Shown: positions 1 to 8,170 of the stretch, one piece after another
Layout: each line of letters begins with the position of its first letter
Numbering within the stretch: position 1 is the first letter of the stretch
Notes under the pieces: generated by a model
Told to the model about the DNA's origin: nothing
Database searches by the model: none
What the model saw: the letters and a program-made list of their open reading frames with translations, nothing else
Made by a program: the position numbers and the translations under genes
Virus record (IMG/VR): IMGVR_UViG_3300025410_000009
From: a virus
Taxonomy: Duplodnaviria > Caudoviricetes
Reading direction: 5' to 3' (one strand)
DNA: 64,000 nucleotides

Positions 1-285
1 ACGAGATTCACCTGCAAAAGTTGGCGGTGTTAACGGTCCATGGGGATCTAGAATCAATCGGTCGCCGGGTGACACTTTATGGATAGGAGTTGCCAAACTA
101 ACCACAGTAGTTTTTAATGCAACCACATTGAGATTTCCAGCAGCAACATCGCTTGATGTTATGTTTGAACAATTAACTACTGAAAAGAATCCGGTGTTGA
201 CCATGTCGGCAAAAACGTCAAGCATCACATCAGACACTCTGGTGTAGCCCATACGTTCAACCGAGTAAAAATTTTCTATTGCCAT
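1..285 (-). CDS. Hypothetical (probably virion) protein, 3'-truncated by the window edge
   Basis: Not in the ORF track. Manual translation from the ATG at 285 (MAIENFYSVERMGYTRVSDVMLDVFADMV...) stays open to position 1. Strong SD AAGGAGA upstream. Confidence 0.8.
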   Translation of the reverse strand, partial: MAIENFYSVERMGYTRVSDVMLDVFADMVNTGFFSVVNCSNITSSDVAAGNLNVVALKTTVVSLATPIHKVSPGDRLILDPHGPLTPPTFAGESR

Positions 286-349
286 TCTATATTCTCCTTG
301 CTTATTTTAAAATAAGGCATAATGTTATTTATCCGTTGCAACAAGTTAC

Positions 350-1249
350 TCAACTTGTTGGATTCCATACTGCGTTATACCAAACATACATTTTATGATC
401 TGTTGTCAGCACCACTGTTTGACCGGTGTAGCCCGATATTGGTAATACATCAACTACATTTGCATCGTAAATTTTTGCTGAATTGTCGGTTACTGCAGCA
501 AAATAAGTCAAACTCAAGCTCACATTGCCGGATACACCATCAATATTGGTAACACGAGCATACACTTGCGGCTTGGGCGGTACATCTTGATTGGCAAAAA
601 TGCTGTATTGACGTTGCTGAATAATGCTACCGTCATCGAGCAGTACACTACCATCGTCGGTCAAATGATCAGCTGTGGCCAAAAATGTATAAGGATTTGG
701 TTCGTTTATATACTGATTTGAAAATACTTCGACTAAAACTGGTCTATTTACAGTTAAACCGTAAACAATGTTGGCAAGTCCGATATCCATTACAAAAAGT
801 TCATTTGCGCCTGATGGTAGATTTTCAATGAAGTGATGAAATTGTCTACGATTGATAGTGACTGTGTTGGGGGCCCAATTGGCACTGCCAGCGCCATCAG
901 ATATGATGGTATACCCCTGTTCGCCAGGCTCAACCGGCAACGAGTACGAATTGCCAGTAAATTCACTAGTAATCGACACTGTGCCAGTGATGGCAGCATT
1001 ACCAATGATCGCAGTATTACCGCCAATTGTGGTATTGCCGCTGATGGCCATGGTGCCACCAATTGTGGTATTGCCGCTGATATTGGTGTTGCCAACAACA
1101 TCAAGCTCAACTTGGGGACTGCTGTTGTTTATACCAACACGCAATCGGTTGACATCAAAGTATATTAAGTTACCCTGTATTGATAAATCCAAACCCTCTC
1201 GTTCCAGGTTTGAAAATAGCATTGGGCCCGATATGCGTCCTATTGCCAT
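350..1249 (-). CDS. Putative virion/fibre protein with hexapeptide I-x-G-x-x-x beta-helix-like repeats
   Basis: 299 aa; repeats VVGNTN/ISGNTT/IGGTMA/ISGNTT/IGGNTA/IIGNAA/ITGTVS; lies in a structural gene run. Confidence 0.6.
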   Translation of the reverse strand: MAIGRISGPMLFSNLEREGLDLSIQGNLIYFDVNRLRVGINNSSPQVELDVVGNTNISGNTTIGGTMAISGNTTIGGNTAIIGNAAITGTVSITSEFTGNSYSLPVEPGEQGYTIISDGAGSANWAPNTVTINRRQFHHFIENLPSGANELFVMDIGLANIVYGLTVNRPVLVEVFSNQYINEPNPYTFLATADHLTDDGSVLLDDGSIIQQRQYSIFANQDVPPKPQVYARVTNIDGVSGNVSLSLTYFAAVTDNSAKIYDANVVDVLPISGYTGQTVVLTTDHKMYVWYNAVWNPTS

Positions 1250-1259
1250 GGTGTGTTAA

Positions 1260-1679
1260 TTATAATGTAATGGCTGTGCTGGCGTATCCATGCAAAACAA
1301 TAATTGGTTGTCCTGAATTTGGTGGTGCAGTAAAAGTCAGTGTGTTGCCAGCAACCGTGTACACTACACCGGGATTTTGAAAAACATTACCAACAAAAAT
1401 TATCATGTTGGCTTCTTGTCCTGCAGAGTATGCAATCGAAATAGTGTACGAAGTGGTTGAACCATCACCCATAAAAGAGTCTTTGGTTATAGCTGTGGTT
1501 CCTTCTATGCTGACCACACGCCAACTGCCATGAGTATAATACTCAAACTTGCCAGTGGTGGAATTCAATCTGAATAGCCCGTCAACTGGCGAGCTTGGCC
1601 CAACAGCACTGGATCCATATGGAGCTCGTATGCTGTAGCTAGCAGATCGCAATTCACGATTCTTTATAAATCTTCCCAT
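1260..1679 (-). CDS. Putative virion structural protein (beta-rich)
   Basis: 139 aa; F(M)GDGSTTSYT and VFQNPGVVYTV-type beta-sandwich segments similar to those in phage fibre/baseplate proteins; tight operon spacing. Confidence 0.55.
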   Translation of the reverse strand: MGRFIKNRELRSASYSIRAPYGSSAVGPSSPVDGLFRLNSTTGKFEYYTHGSWRVVSIEGTTAITKDSFMGDGSTTSYTISIAYSAGQEANMIIFVGNVFQNPGVVYTVAGNTLTFTAPPNSGQPIIVLHGYASTAITL

Positions 1680-1681
1680 GG

Positions 1682-1990
1682 TTACACGCTAATTGTGTTA
1701 ATTGTTGCAACTACTACACCGGGAGTGGTTGCTGATGCCCACAAACTGTCACCGTCATCTAAAATAATTTTTTCAGTATCGATCAAGTAAGTGTCTTGGC
1801 CAGTCAAATTAATTTGATTGTAAATTAAATTTGTTGCCGATGCTGTGTTGCCACTGCTGACTGCATGTACATTGACCATGGTGGCATTGCTGTCAGTGTT
1901 ACAAAAATAGCCAACTACTAGTGCGTTGACACCAGTACTGGTAAAAATTGCTGTTGGGGCTGTGCCCAGCATGGTTGTTGTTATTGCCAT
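1682..1990 (-). CDS. Small putative virion protein
   Basis: 102 aa, beta-rich; 2-10 nt spacing to neighbouring genes. Confidence 0.55.
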   Translation of the reverse strand: MAITTTMLGTAPTAIFTSTGVNALVVGYFCNTDSNATMVNVHAVSSGNTASATNLIYNQINLTGQDTYLIDTEKIILDDGDSLWASATTPGVVVATINTISV

Positions 1991-2000
1991 GGTATTCCTA

Positions 2001-2618
2001 TTATAATATCAATGAATATATCAGTGCCTTGCGACGAGTAATCAACTCATCAGCTGGGCTTTGTGTGTTTCTAATAAACAATCCCGAACCACCGCCACTG
2101 GGCACTTTGGCATACACCGTGGTGTACCCTGTGACTGGATCAGAATCTGTAGTTTCGTGTCTAACTCGTAAAATGGTCTGCAAATTCAATGCACTTGACT
2201 CAGGTGTGTGTATTGTGATGTCACGGTCTTGATCACAATAAATCATGTAGCCATTTGTGTTTAAATCGCCACCAAGATGTGGGTCAGTGTCAGTGACCAA
2301 TTTTGTACCTGATAGTTCGCGCCAATTGGTTCCAGAATTGATTTCCCAAACCAGCGAGTGCTCGTTCCAGCGTATACCAGCCTGCGGGCTATCACCGCGA
2401 TTGACTTCGATGCCAGCATTGAGAGTTGGTGCCCCAGTTACCCCAGCATTTAAAGTTATGAAATTATCATAAACCAAAGTGTTAGCTGATTCAAGAGCTG
2501 TTGACGACCCAAGCACAAACAAATTGCCGTTGATGGTAAGATTATTTGTATCTATTGCTATGTTGCCGTTGGCAGCAACTAGGTTATAATCTCCGGATAT
2601 TCTTTTGGTAACAGACAT
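2001..2618 (-). CDS. Putative virion structural protein
   Basis: 205 aa; preceded by an exact TATAAATA late promoter; DNFITLNAG...AGIEVNRG...IRWNE segment resembles phage fibre-associated proteins. Confidence 0.6.
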   Translation of the reverse strand: MSVTKRISGDYNLVAANGNIAIDTNNLTINGNLFVLGSSTALESANTLVYDNFITLNAGVTGAPTLNAGIEVNRGDSPQAGIRWNEHSLVWEINSGTNWRELSGTKLVTDTDPHLGGDLNTNGYMIYCDQDRDITIHTPESSALNLQTILRVRHETTDSDPVTGYTTVYAKVPSGGGSGLFIRNTQSPADELITRRKALIYSLIL

Positions 2619-2637
2619 CGTATTTCCCGCTTTAACA

Positions 2638-2645
2638 TATTTATA
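2638..2645 (-). promoter_or_regulatory. T4-type late promoter TATAAATA
   Basis: Exact T4 gp55 consensus upstream of the 2618 start; gp55 is encoded in this window. Confidence 0.75.
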
Positions 2646-2661
2646 TCAAAAGTCTAGATAA

Positions 2662-2689
2662 AAAAATAGCTGCCGAAGCAGCTATTTTT
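2662..2689 (-). terminator. Intrinsic terminator (possibly bidirectional)
   Basis: AAAAATAGCTGC-TTCG-GCAGCTATTTTTT on the - strand: perfect stem, UUCG tetraloop and U-tract just after the stop at 2707. Confidence 0.9.
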
Positions 2690-2706
2690 AATTGCCAAGT
2701 TGATTC

Positions 2707-4374
2707 TTAACCGTAATAGGCCAAAATGTCAAAGTTTTGGATCCATACTAGGCTATCAGCAGTTTGTTCGGTCACTTTAGAATAGTCCAAAGTCCAAGCA
2801 GCTGATTTGTATTCACCTGCAGGCCAGTCGCTACCATCAGTAGCACCCGAATTTGGTGCAAAGATCCAAGCATCGTTAAACGCTGACATTGGCACTAACA
2901 GAGCACGGTGAGCAGTTAGCTTGGTCACAAAGTACAAAGATGAAGTGTAGTCCATGGCCAAAATAGCAATTTCGCCAGGATTTTGTGGCCAGTGGCCAAC
3001 CAACTGTGCTGACTGTTCAATTAGTGGACGATTTGCTACTTCTTCAGACAAAATAACAGCACCGTCGATTTGACCAGCCACAGTAGTAAGATCGCCATGG
3101 ACATTTTTCAATGTAAATGTGCTGGTACCATTTGTGGCAGTAACTTCGTAATAACAACCGCTATAATATCCGCCAATGGATCCTGCACCAGTCAAGTTAC
3201 CGTGAATAACCACATAGCTACCAACTGCAAATGTACCAGCTGGCTGCGGAATACTGATACTAAAAGCACCGTGTGTGTTTGTAGCAGTTAATACACCATA
3301 TTGTGCAGATGTCAAACTGGCAAATTGGCGTTCACGAGTTTTATATCTACGGCTCGAAACTTGCTTGATGATGTTAACTGGCAAGTAGGGAACTGCGCTT
3401 AACAATTCTACAGGGCTATAACCATAAACAGTGATAGCGCGAGATACATCAGTAAAACTATAACTTTCTGGAGCAACAGCATACACATCGTAACTGGCGT
3501 TGGCATCAGGAGTAAAGCTCACCAATGGGCCACCTGTAACAATGTAAGCACCTTCGCTTACAGCAATTTCATAGCCATCGCCTGGATTGGTAACATCAAA
3601 GCCCAATAGACCCAAGGTGATAGTGGCTTTAGCGCCAGTACCACTGCCAGTTATAGTATCCAACACACCGGCTGCACCAGTGCTAGGGAACACAGTATAG
3701 TTGCCAGGCACTGAAGGAGCACCAAAACTGTAAGCACCCCATACTAGATTGTCTAGTACCAAACCAGCACCGTTGTTGTCGATTGGGCCATCATGACATG
3801 TTGCTGTAAAACCGTTGGATCCACCTGCAATGGTAGTCGGGGGAGCACCAGTACCAGTCCATACACCTGGGTTGACAACCACAATACTTGTTGCGTGACC
3901 GCTGGTGCCAGCAGTGACTTTGACTGTTAAGGGTGTAGAGAAATTGCTGTGTGAATATGTGACTTGGTCACCGTTGGTGCCATTGCCAGGATCCAAATTG
4001 TTACCGCCGTTATTGATATGAGGAGTGCCAATGATAGTAATGGCGCTAACTGGGGCACGAGCTTTTGTGCTGGCTGTACCAGTATGCACTTCAACTACAT
4101 CACCCACTCGATATCCTGTACCATTTGCTGTTGTTGCAAACGACAAGGCTTGATAGTGTGCTACCACCTGAGCGGTGATACCATCAGCCATCTGTGGGGC
4201 TTCAACAACATACGTAGGTTGCACTGTCCAACCGTCGCCAGTACCGTTTACTGTAATGCTTTCAATACCAGCGCCGCCTAGACCAGCATCACCTGCTGTG
4301 TTGGCTGCACCGTAGTTGCCATCCCGACCTGGATTGCGACTACCAAAATATTTTTTACTTAAAGGACGTCCCAT
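2707..4374 (-). CDS. Gly/Thr-rich putative virion protein (555 aa)
   Basis: Start revised to MGRPLSKKYFG at 4374 (SD AAGGAGA); has its own late promoter and terminator; GxGY beta-repeat segments. Confidence 0.7.
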   Translation of the reverse strand: MGRPLSKKYFGSRNPGRDGNYGAANTAGDAGLGGAGIESITVNGTGDGWTVQPTYVVEAPQMADGITAQVVAHYQALSFATTANGTGYRVGDVVEVHTGTASTKARAPVSAITIIGTPHINNGGNNLDPGNGTNGDQVTYSHSNFSTPLTVKVTAGTSGHATSIVVVNPGVWTGTGAPPTTIAGGSNGFTATCHDGPIDNNGAGLVLDNLVWGAYSFGAPSVPGNYTVFPSTGAAGVLDTITGSGTGAKATITLGLLGFDVTNPGDGYEIAVSEGAYIVTGGPLVSFTPDANASYDVYAVAPESYSFTDVSRAITVYGYSPVELLSAVPYLPVNIIKQVSSRRYKTRERQFASLTSAQYGVLTATNTHGAFSISIPQPAGTFAVGSYVVIHGNLTGAGSIGGYYSGCYYEVTATNGTSTFTLKNVHGDLTTVAGQIDGAVILSEEVANRPLIEQSAQLVGHWPQNPGEIAILAMDYTSSLYFVTKLTAHRALLVPMSAFNDAWIFAPNSGATDGSDWPAGEYKSAAWTLDYSKVTEQTADSLVWIQNFDILAYYG

Positions 4375-4395
4375 TTTATTTTCTCCTTGTGAAAC

Positions 4396-4453
4396 ACGGC
4401 GTTCTAGGCCGTACGCGGTTGGATTTCCGCATAAAACTTGCACCATGCAAGTC
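4396..4453 (-). promoter_or_regulatory. Structured 5' leader with three tandem hairpins
   Basis: ACTTGCA/TGCAAGT (4436-4452), GCGG/CCGC (4415-4430) and ACGGC/GCCGT (4396-4412) lie between the late promoter and the SD. Confidence 0.55.
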
Positions 4454-4461
4454 GTATAAGA

Positions 4462-4467
4462 TATTTA
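4462..4467 (-). promoter_or_regulatory. Late promoter core TAAATA for the 4374 gene
   Basis: CATAAATAT in the divergent intergenic region. Confidence 0.6.
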
Positions 4468-4498
4468 TGAAAATTTGTTTTAGCATACCCAGTCATCC

Positions 4499-4505
4499 AT
4501 AAATA
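4499..4505 (+). promoter_or_regulatory. Late promoter ATAAATA for the 4511 operon
   Basis: ATAAATA ends 5 nt before the ATG at 4511; no SD. Confidence 0.6.
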
Positions 4506-4510
4506 TTGGC

Positions 4511-5125
4511 ATGAAATATTTTATTTTTGACTCCAGCAACGACGGTGTTGTCTGGATGGGCAATCAACTGTCTATAGCCAACCGACTGTGTCACGGTTTA
4601 CTTGACTGTGAAATCAGCATGGTTTGGCCAAATAGCAAATCATATCAGGTGCTAACAACAGCGAATGGTGCCAACTTGCATTGGAACTATGCAACAAAAC
4701 AAATGCTACCGCTACCAGAATCGGCTATTAATTCATTATTTGTTGAAAAGAAACGCCTAGCCGGCATACGACATCCTGCTATGTCAAAATTATTTGTTCT
4801 TGGTAGCCATATGATTAGAAAAATTTACACAACAACGGTGCCCACAATTGAAAATGATCTATCATTTGCGCTCGACAATTCAGACCCCAGTAAAGATCAA
4901 TACGACTATTCGGTCACTGAGTACGCACAAATTACTGGGATCACCGACCGTGATGCCTACAAAGAACTTACGCTGTATGTTGAGAACATGCGGACACAAA
5001 AAATCAGAACATTTAGTTACACTGAATATTTTTCTAAAAAAATTAATTCAGCTACTACCCAAGAAGAAATTGCCATAATCATTGAAGATATTGAGAAAAA
5101 ATTTATTACAGATAGTCAAATATGA
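4511..5125 (+). CDS. Hypothetical protein, translationally coupled to the PP-loop enzyme
   Basis: 204 aa; ATGA overlap with the next gene; helical C-terminal half. Confidence 0.75.
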   Translation: MKYFIFDSSNDGVVWMGNQLSIANRLCHGLLDCEISMVWPNSKSYQVLTTANGANLHWNYATKQMLPLPESAINSLFVEKKRLAGIRHPAMSKLFVLGSHMIRKIYTTTVPTIENDLSFALDNSDPSKDQYDYSVTEYAQITGITDRDAYKELTLYVENMRTQKIRTFSYTEYFSKKINSATTQEEIAIIIEDIEKKFITDSQI

Positions 5126-6210
5126 TGCGTTGTAATGCATACAATCCCTTGGTTTTTAGAACTATGCAAGGTCCAGACTGGGATCGCTGGCGTTCGTTGT
5201 ACAAATTAATAAATGCAGCCGTGTCAATGAATGACCGTACTGGCTATATTAAAACTCCGGTCAACTCAAATGTGCCAGATGCATTGGCCATGCCCGAGTA
5301 CGATCCTAATTTTGGTTTGAGCTATCAAGACTGCTGTCATAAAAAAGTCAACGAATTGGTTGCGCTGCAAGATCAACTTGGTGTACCCATCAGAGTCATG
5401 TATTCAGGCGGTATCGACAGTAGTCTAATCTTGAGCAGTTTCATTGATGTTCTAGGAGTCAGCGAAACTGCGCGACGCATTGAAGTACTAATGGATCAGG
5501 AGAGTATACACGAAAACCCCTGGATGTGGGATCGATTTATTCGTAGCAATTTCACTGTATGCGACAGTGACAAACATGGTGCATATTACACCAAAGACAA
5601 TATCTTAATCGGTGGCGAAGGAAATGATCAATTACTAGGAACCGACATGTATCGTGACATAGTACGTCGTAACGGCGATGGCATACTCAATGTGAGATGG
5701 ACTGAGGCCAATATTAAATCTCATATGATTGATAGGGGCATGACCAATGCTGAAGCTGACATGTGGTTTGAATTATATATCCAGCAGATGTCCCGAACAC
5801 AAGCACCCATTGACACCATTGGTGATTTTTGGTGGTGGGTTAATTTTAGCTGCAAGTGGACCACAGTGTTTCACAGAATGATGTTTTATGTGCAGAACCC
5901 ACAAGACATCAACCAGGAGTACATGAACACATATTACCAACAATTTTTCAACACAGTTGAATTTCAAAAGTGGAGTTTACGGGATCGAGATCACAAGCAC
6001 CAGGGCAACTATATTACCTATAAGTTTCATGCTAGGGAGTTAGTGGCCAAGACCATGGGTGCGCCCGAATATCTCAACAAGATCAAACGTCCCAGCTTGT
6101 CACATGTGACACGCTTTAAACATGCATGCGATATAATTGACGATTCGTACCAGTTTCACTACAATGTGAATCCCATGGACTGGTACAACCCCGATAACTC
6201 ATTTGTCTGA
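5122..6210 (+). CDS. Asparagine-synthetase-like ATP pyrophosphatase (synthetase domain only)
   Basis: PP-loop VMYSGGIDSS and ILIGGEGNDQLLG (AsnB SGEGADE-like). No N-terminal Cys/Ntn glutaminase domain is evident. Confidence 0.75.
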   Translation: MMRCNAYNPLVFRTMQGPDWDRWRSLYKLINAAVSMNDRTGYIKTPVNSNVPDALAMPEYDPNFGLSYQDCCHKKVNELVALQDQLGVPIRVMYSGGIDSSLILSSFIDVLGVSETARRIEVLMDQESIHENPWMWDRFIRSNFTVCDSDKHGAYYTKDNILIGGEGNDQLLGTDMYRDIVRRNGDGILNVRWTEANIKSHMIDRGMTNAEADMWFELYIQQMSRTQAPIDTIGDFWWWVNFSCKWTTVFHRMMFYVQNPQDINQEYMNTYYQQFFNTVEFQKWSLRDRDHKHQGNYITYKFHARELVAKTMGAPEYLNKIKRPSLSHVTRFKHACDIIDDSYQFHYNVNPMDWYNPDNSFV

Positions 6211-6858
6211 CAGATAAGTTCGATTCAGCATGGTGTGGTTGTGATCAGTTGGGCCCCAATCGCCATCGGGGTGAAATGCGATCACTGTCATTGAAGAATC
6301 TGCAGTCCTAAATCTATGTCGCTCGTGCTCCTGCAAGCAAAAGCTAACACCCACTGTTAACGCATCTTCTTGTTCAGCACCAGGATTGCCGTGTTGACTA
6401 TATCCTGATCCAGCAATAACACAGCCTAGTCTGATGCTGGGGTGTGTATGAAATGATTGGCTGATACCAGGCGGGAAATACAACAAGTTTAAACTGCTAT
6501 CGCCTAGTCGTGCAGGATACACTAATAAACTGTCGCTACAGCCATCAATATAACTCAATCGCCCTTTTGCCTCGACCCAGCCAATTTGGTTAGGTACTCG
6601 ATATCCAAGTCGTACAATCAAGAATAATTGATCTGATACTATAGCTGACATGTTGTTATTAACTGTAAGCCCAAAATATTGCCCGGCTTCAAGAGCAATT
6701 GTTTTACCGTCGACAGTTAATTGGCTGGCACCATAGCTATAACCATATATGGAACAGTGCTGGCAAAAGTCAGGCAATACAAAATTACCAGCAGTCAGCA
6801 TGTAGCCTGATGATGGGTACATGGTGTCCCAAAGATTTAGTTGATTTGAAATTATCAT
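6199..6858 (-). CDS. Cupin-domain protein (219 aa)
   Basis: Cupin motifs FHTHPSIRLGCVIAGSG and LQEHERHRFRT. Start revised to 6858 because the track's longer start runs through the MCP terminator. Confidence 0.75.
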   Translation of the reverse strand: MIISNQLNLWDTMYPSSGYMLTAGNFVLPDFCQHCSIYGYSYGASQLTVDGKTIALEAGQYFGLTVNNNMSAIVSDQLFLIVRLGYRVPNQIGWVEAKGRLSYIDGCSDSLLVYPARLGDSSLNLLYFPPGISQSFHTHPSIRLGCVIAGSGYSQHGNPGAEQEDALTVGVSFCLQEHERHRFRTADSSMTVIAFHPDGDWGPTDHNHTMLNRTYLSDK

Positions 6859-6877
6859 CTTGATGCCCTTTATACAA

Positions 6878-6883
6878 TATTTA
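6878..6883 (-). promoter_or_regulatory. Late promoter core TAAATA for the cupin gene
   Basis: Sits immediately downstream of the MCP terminator. Confidence 0.55.
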
Positions 6884-6890
6884 GTCAACA

Positions 6891-6912
6891 AAAAAGGGCC
6901 TTGCGGCCCTTT
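6891..6912 (-). terminator. Intrinsic terminator of the capsid operon
   Basis: AAAGGGCC-GCAA-GGCCCTTTTT: GNRA loop and U-tract after the MCP stop. Confidence 0.9.
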
Positions 6913-6955
6913 AATGTAACTTCCCATCCCAAGGGTTGTAAGTTTGCTTGTGTTA

Positions 6956-8140
6956 TTATTGGAAAGACAAGTTCTGAATAGCGATTTCAGAAACGTAGTC
7001 ACCAGCATTGCCAAGAGACGATGCGGTGTTTGTCAACTCTACATAACCATAACGTGTCATAAAGCCCACGACTGGTTCGAAAGTTTGTGGATCCAATACA
7101 ACTCCAGAGCTCATTAGAGGAATATATGGGCAATAGAACGCTGCAGCATCTGCCTCGCTAGAACCTTTATATCCAACCAATACTGGTGTAGAATCGTTAG
7201 CATAGCTGTTTACATAGATACGCATTGCACCGTTCAAAGTACCAACAAACTTGGTGTTTGTAGGAGCTTCAAATGTACCTTCTGTAGTGCGAGCAAAAGC
7301 AGAAGTAGTAGCAGATTGCAACACTGTCAATGCAGCTGGAGAAACGATAGCCCAGTTACCAGCACCACGACGTGTACGTTGTGCGATCAAGTTAGCAGCA
7401 CGGTTGATAAGAACAGCTAGAGCAGCGTGTTCGTCACCAACGAATGTAGCTGTACCAGATACATTGGCTTGGTTGTATGTGAACTCTTGAGCAGCCAAAG
7501 CGCTCAAGCTGTTGATAATTTCTTGGTCAATTTCAACAGTGATTTCTTGTGCCAAAGCAGCCATGATTTCTGCTTCAACGTCCAAACCGTGCATGGCTTG
7601 TGCGTCTTGAGCAGCTTCAAATGTCCAACGTGCAGACATTTTACGTGTTTTAGCTTCAACAACTTGTTTCATGATTTGTACGTTGATACGGTTACCAGGT
7701 ACGCCTTCAAGAGCGCTTGTAGAAGAAGCACGGCCAGTTGCTGGGTCACCAGAATAAGCCTGAGCAATTTTGAATGGGCTCAATGCTTCATCACCAGCTG
7801 TAACTGAAGTTGCATATGGTGTGCCGCTTGTGTCAGCCACGCTGTCAGCATAACGTACACGTAGTGTGTGGATCTGAGAAACAGGTCCAGTCATTGGTTG
7901 AACACCAATGATTTCGTTAGCGATAACGGTAGGCATTACACGACGGATAACTGGTAGAATCACACGGTTTAGTGTGGCAACGTTAGCAGCTTGTGTGCCA
8001 CCGGTGGTTGCATTTTCTGACAAGTATTTACGGGTGTTTTCTAAGATAACAGCCATTGAAGTGCGGCGTGAACCTTGTAGTCCTTCTAACAGGGCATCTT
8101 TAGTTTCGCCCCAACGGCTTTCTAGTAGTTCTGTAGTCAT
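6956..8140 (-). CDS. gp23: Major capsid protein
   Basis: T4-type MCP motifs GVQPMTGP, KTRKMSARWTFEAAQD, EIMAALAQEITVEIDQEI, FYCPYIPL, F(E)PVVGFMTRYG. Confidence 0.97.
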   Translation of the reverse strand: MTTELLESRWGETKDALLEGLQGSRRTSMAVILENTRKYLSENATTGGTQAANVATLNRVILPVIRRVMPTVIANEIIGVQPMTGPVSQIHTLRVRYADSVADTSGTPYATSVTAGDEALSPFKIAQAYSGDPATGRASSTSALEGVPGNRINVQIMKQVVEAKTRKMSARWTFEAAQDAQAMHGLDVEAEIMAALAQEITVEIDQEIINSLSALAAQEFTYNQANVSGTATFVGDEHAALAVLINRAANLIAQRTRRGAGNWAIVSPAALTVLQSATTSAFARTTEGTFEAPTNTKFVGTLNGAMRIYVNSYANDSTPVLVGYKGSSEADAAAFYCPYIPLMSSGVVLDPQTFEPVVGFMTRYGYVELTNTASSLGNAGDYVSEIAIQNLSFQ

Positions 8141-8170
8141 TTTCTTTTTCCTTTAAGGTTTAACTATTTT

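Noticed and set aside
301-316. Perfect palindrome CTTATTTTAAAATAAG
   Set aside because: AT-rich, single copy and with no loop; a regulatory role is possible but unsupported.
4375-4446. ORF-track N-terminal extensions (also 6859-7014, 27959-28108, 43655-43756, 47922-47993, 52321-52431, 60041-60370)
   Set aside because: They run through promoters, terminators or neighbouring genes; downstream starts have an SD, a late promoter or translational coupling.
5122-6210. QueC (7-deazaguanine pathway) or a lasso-peptide cluster
   Set aside because: There is no QueC C-terminal Cys-rich zinc site and no queD/queE/folE nearby. No lasso precursor or B protease was found, and the divergent MGRPL protein has no Asp/Glu at ring positions 7-9.
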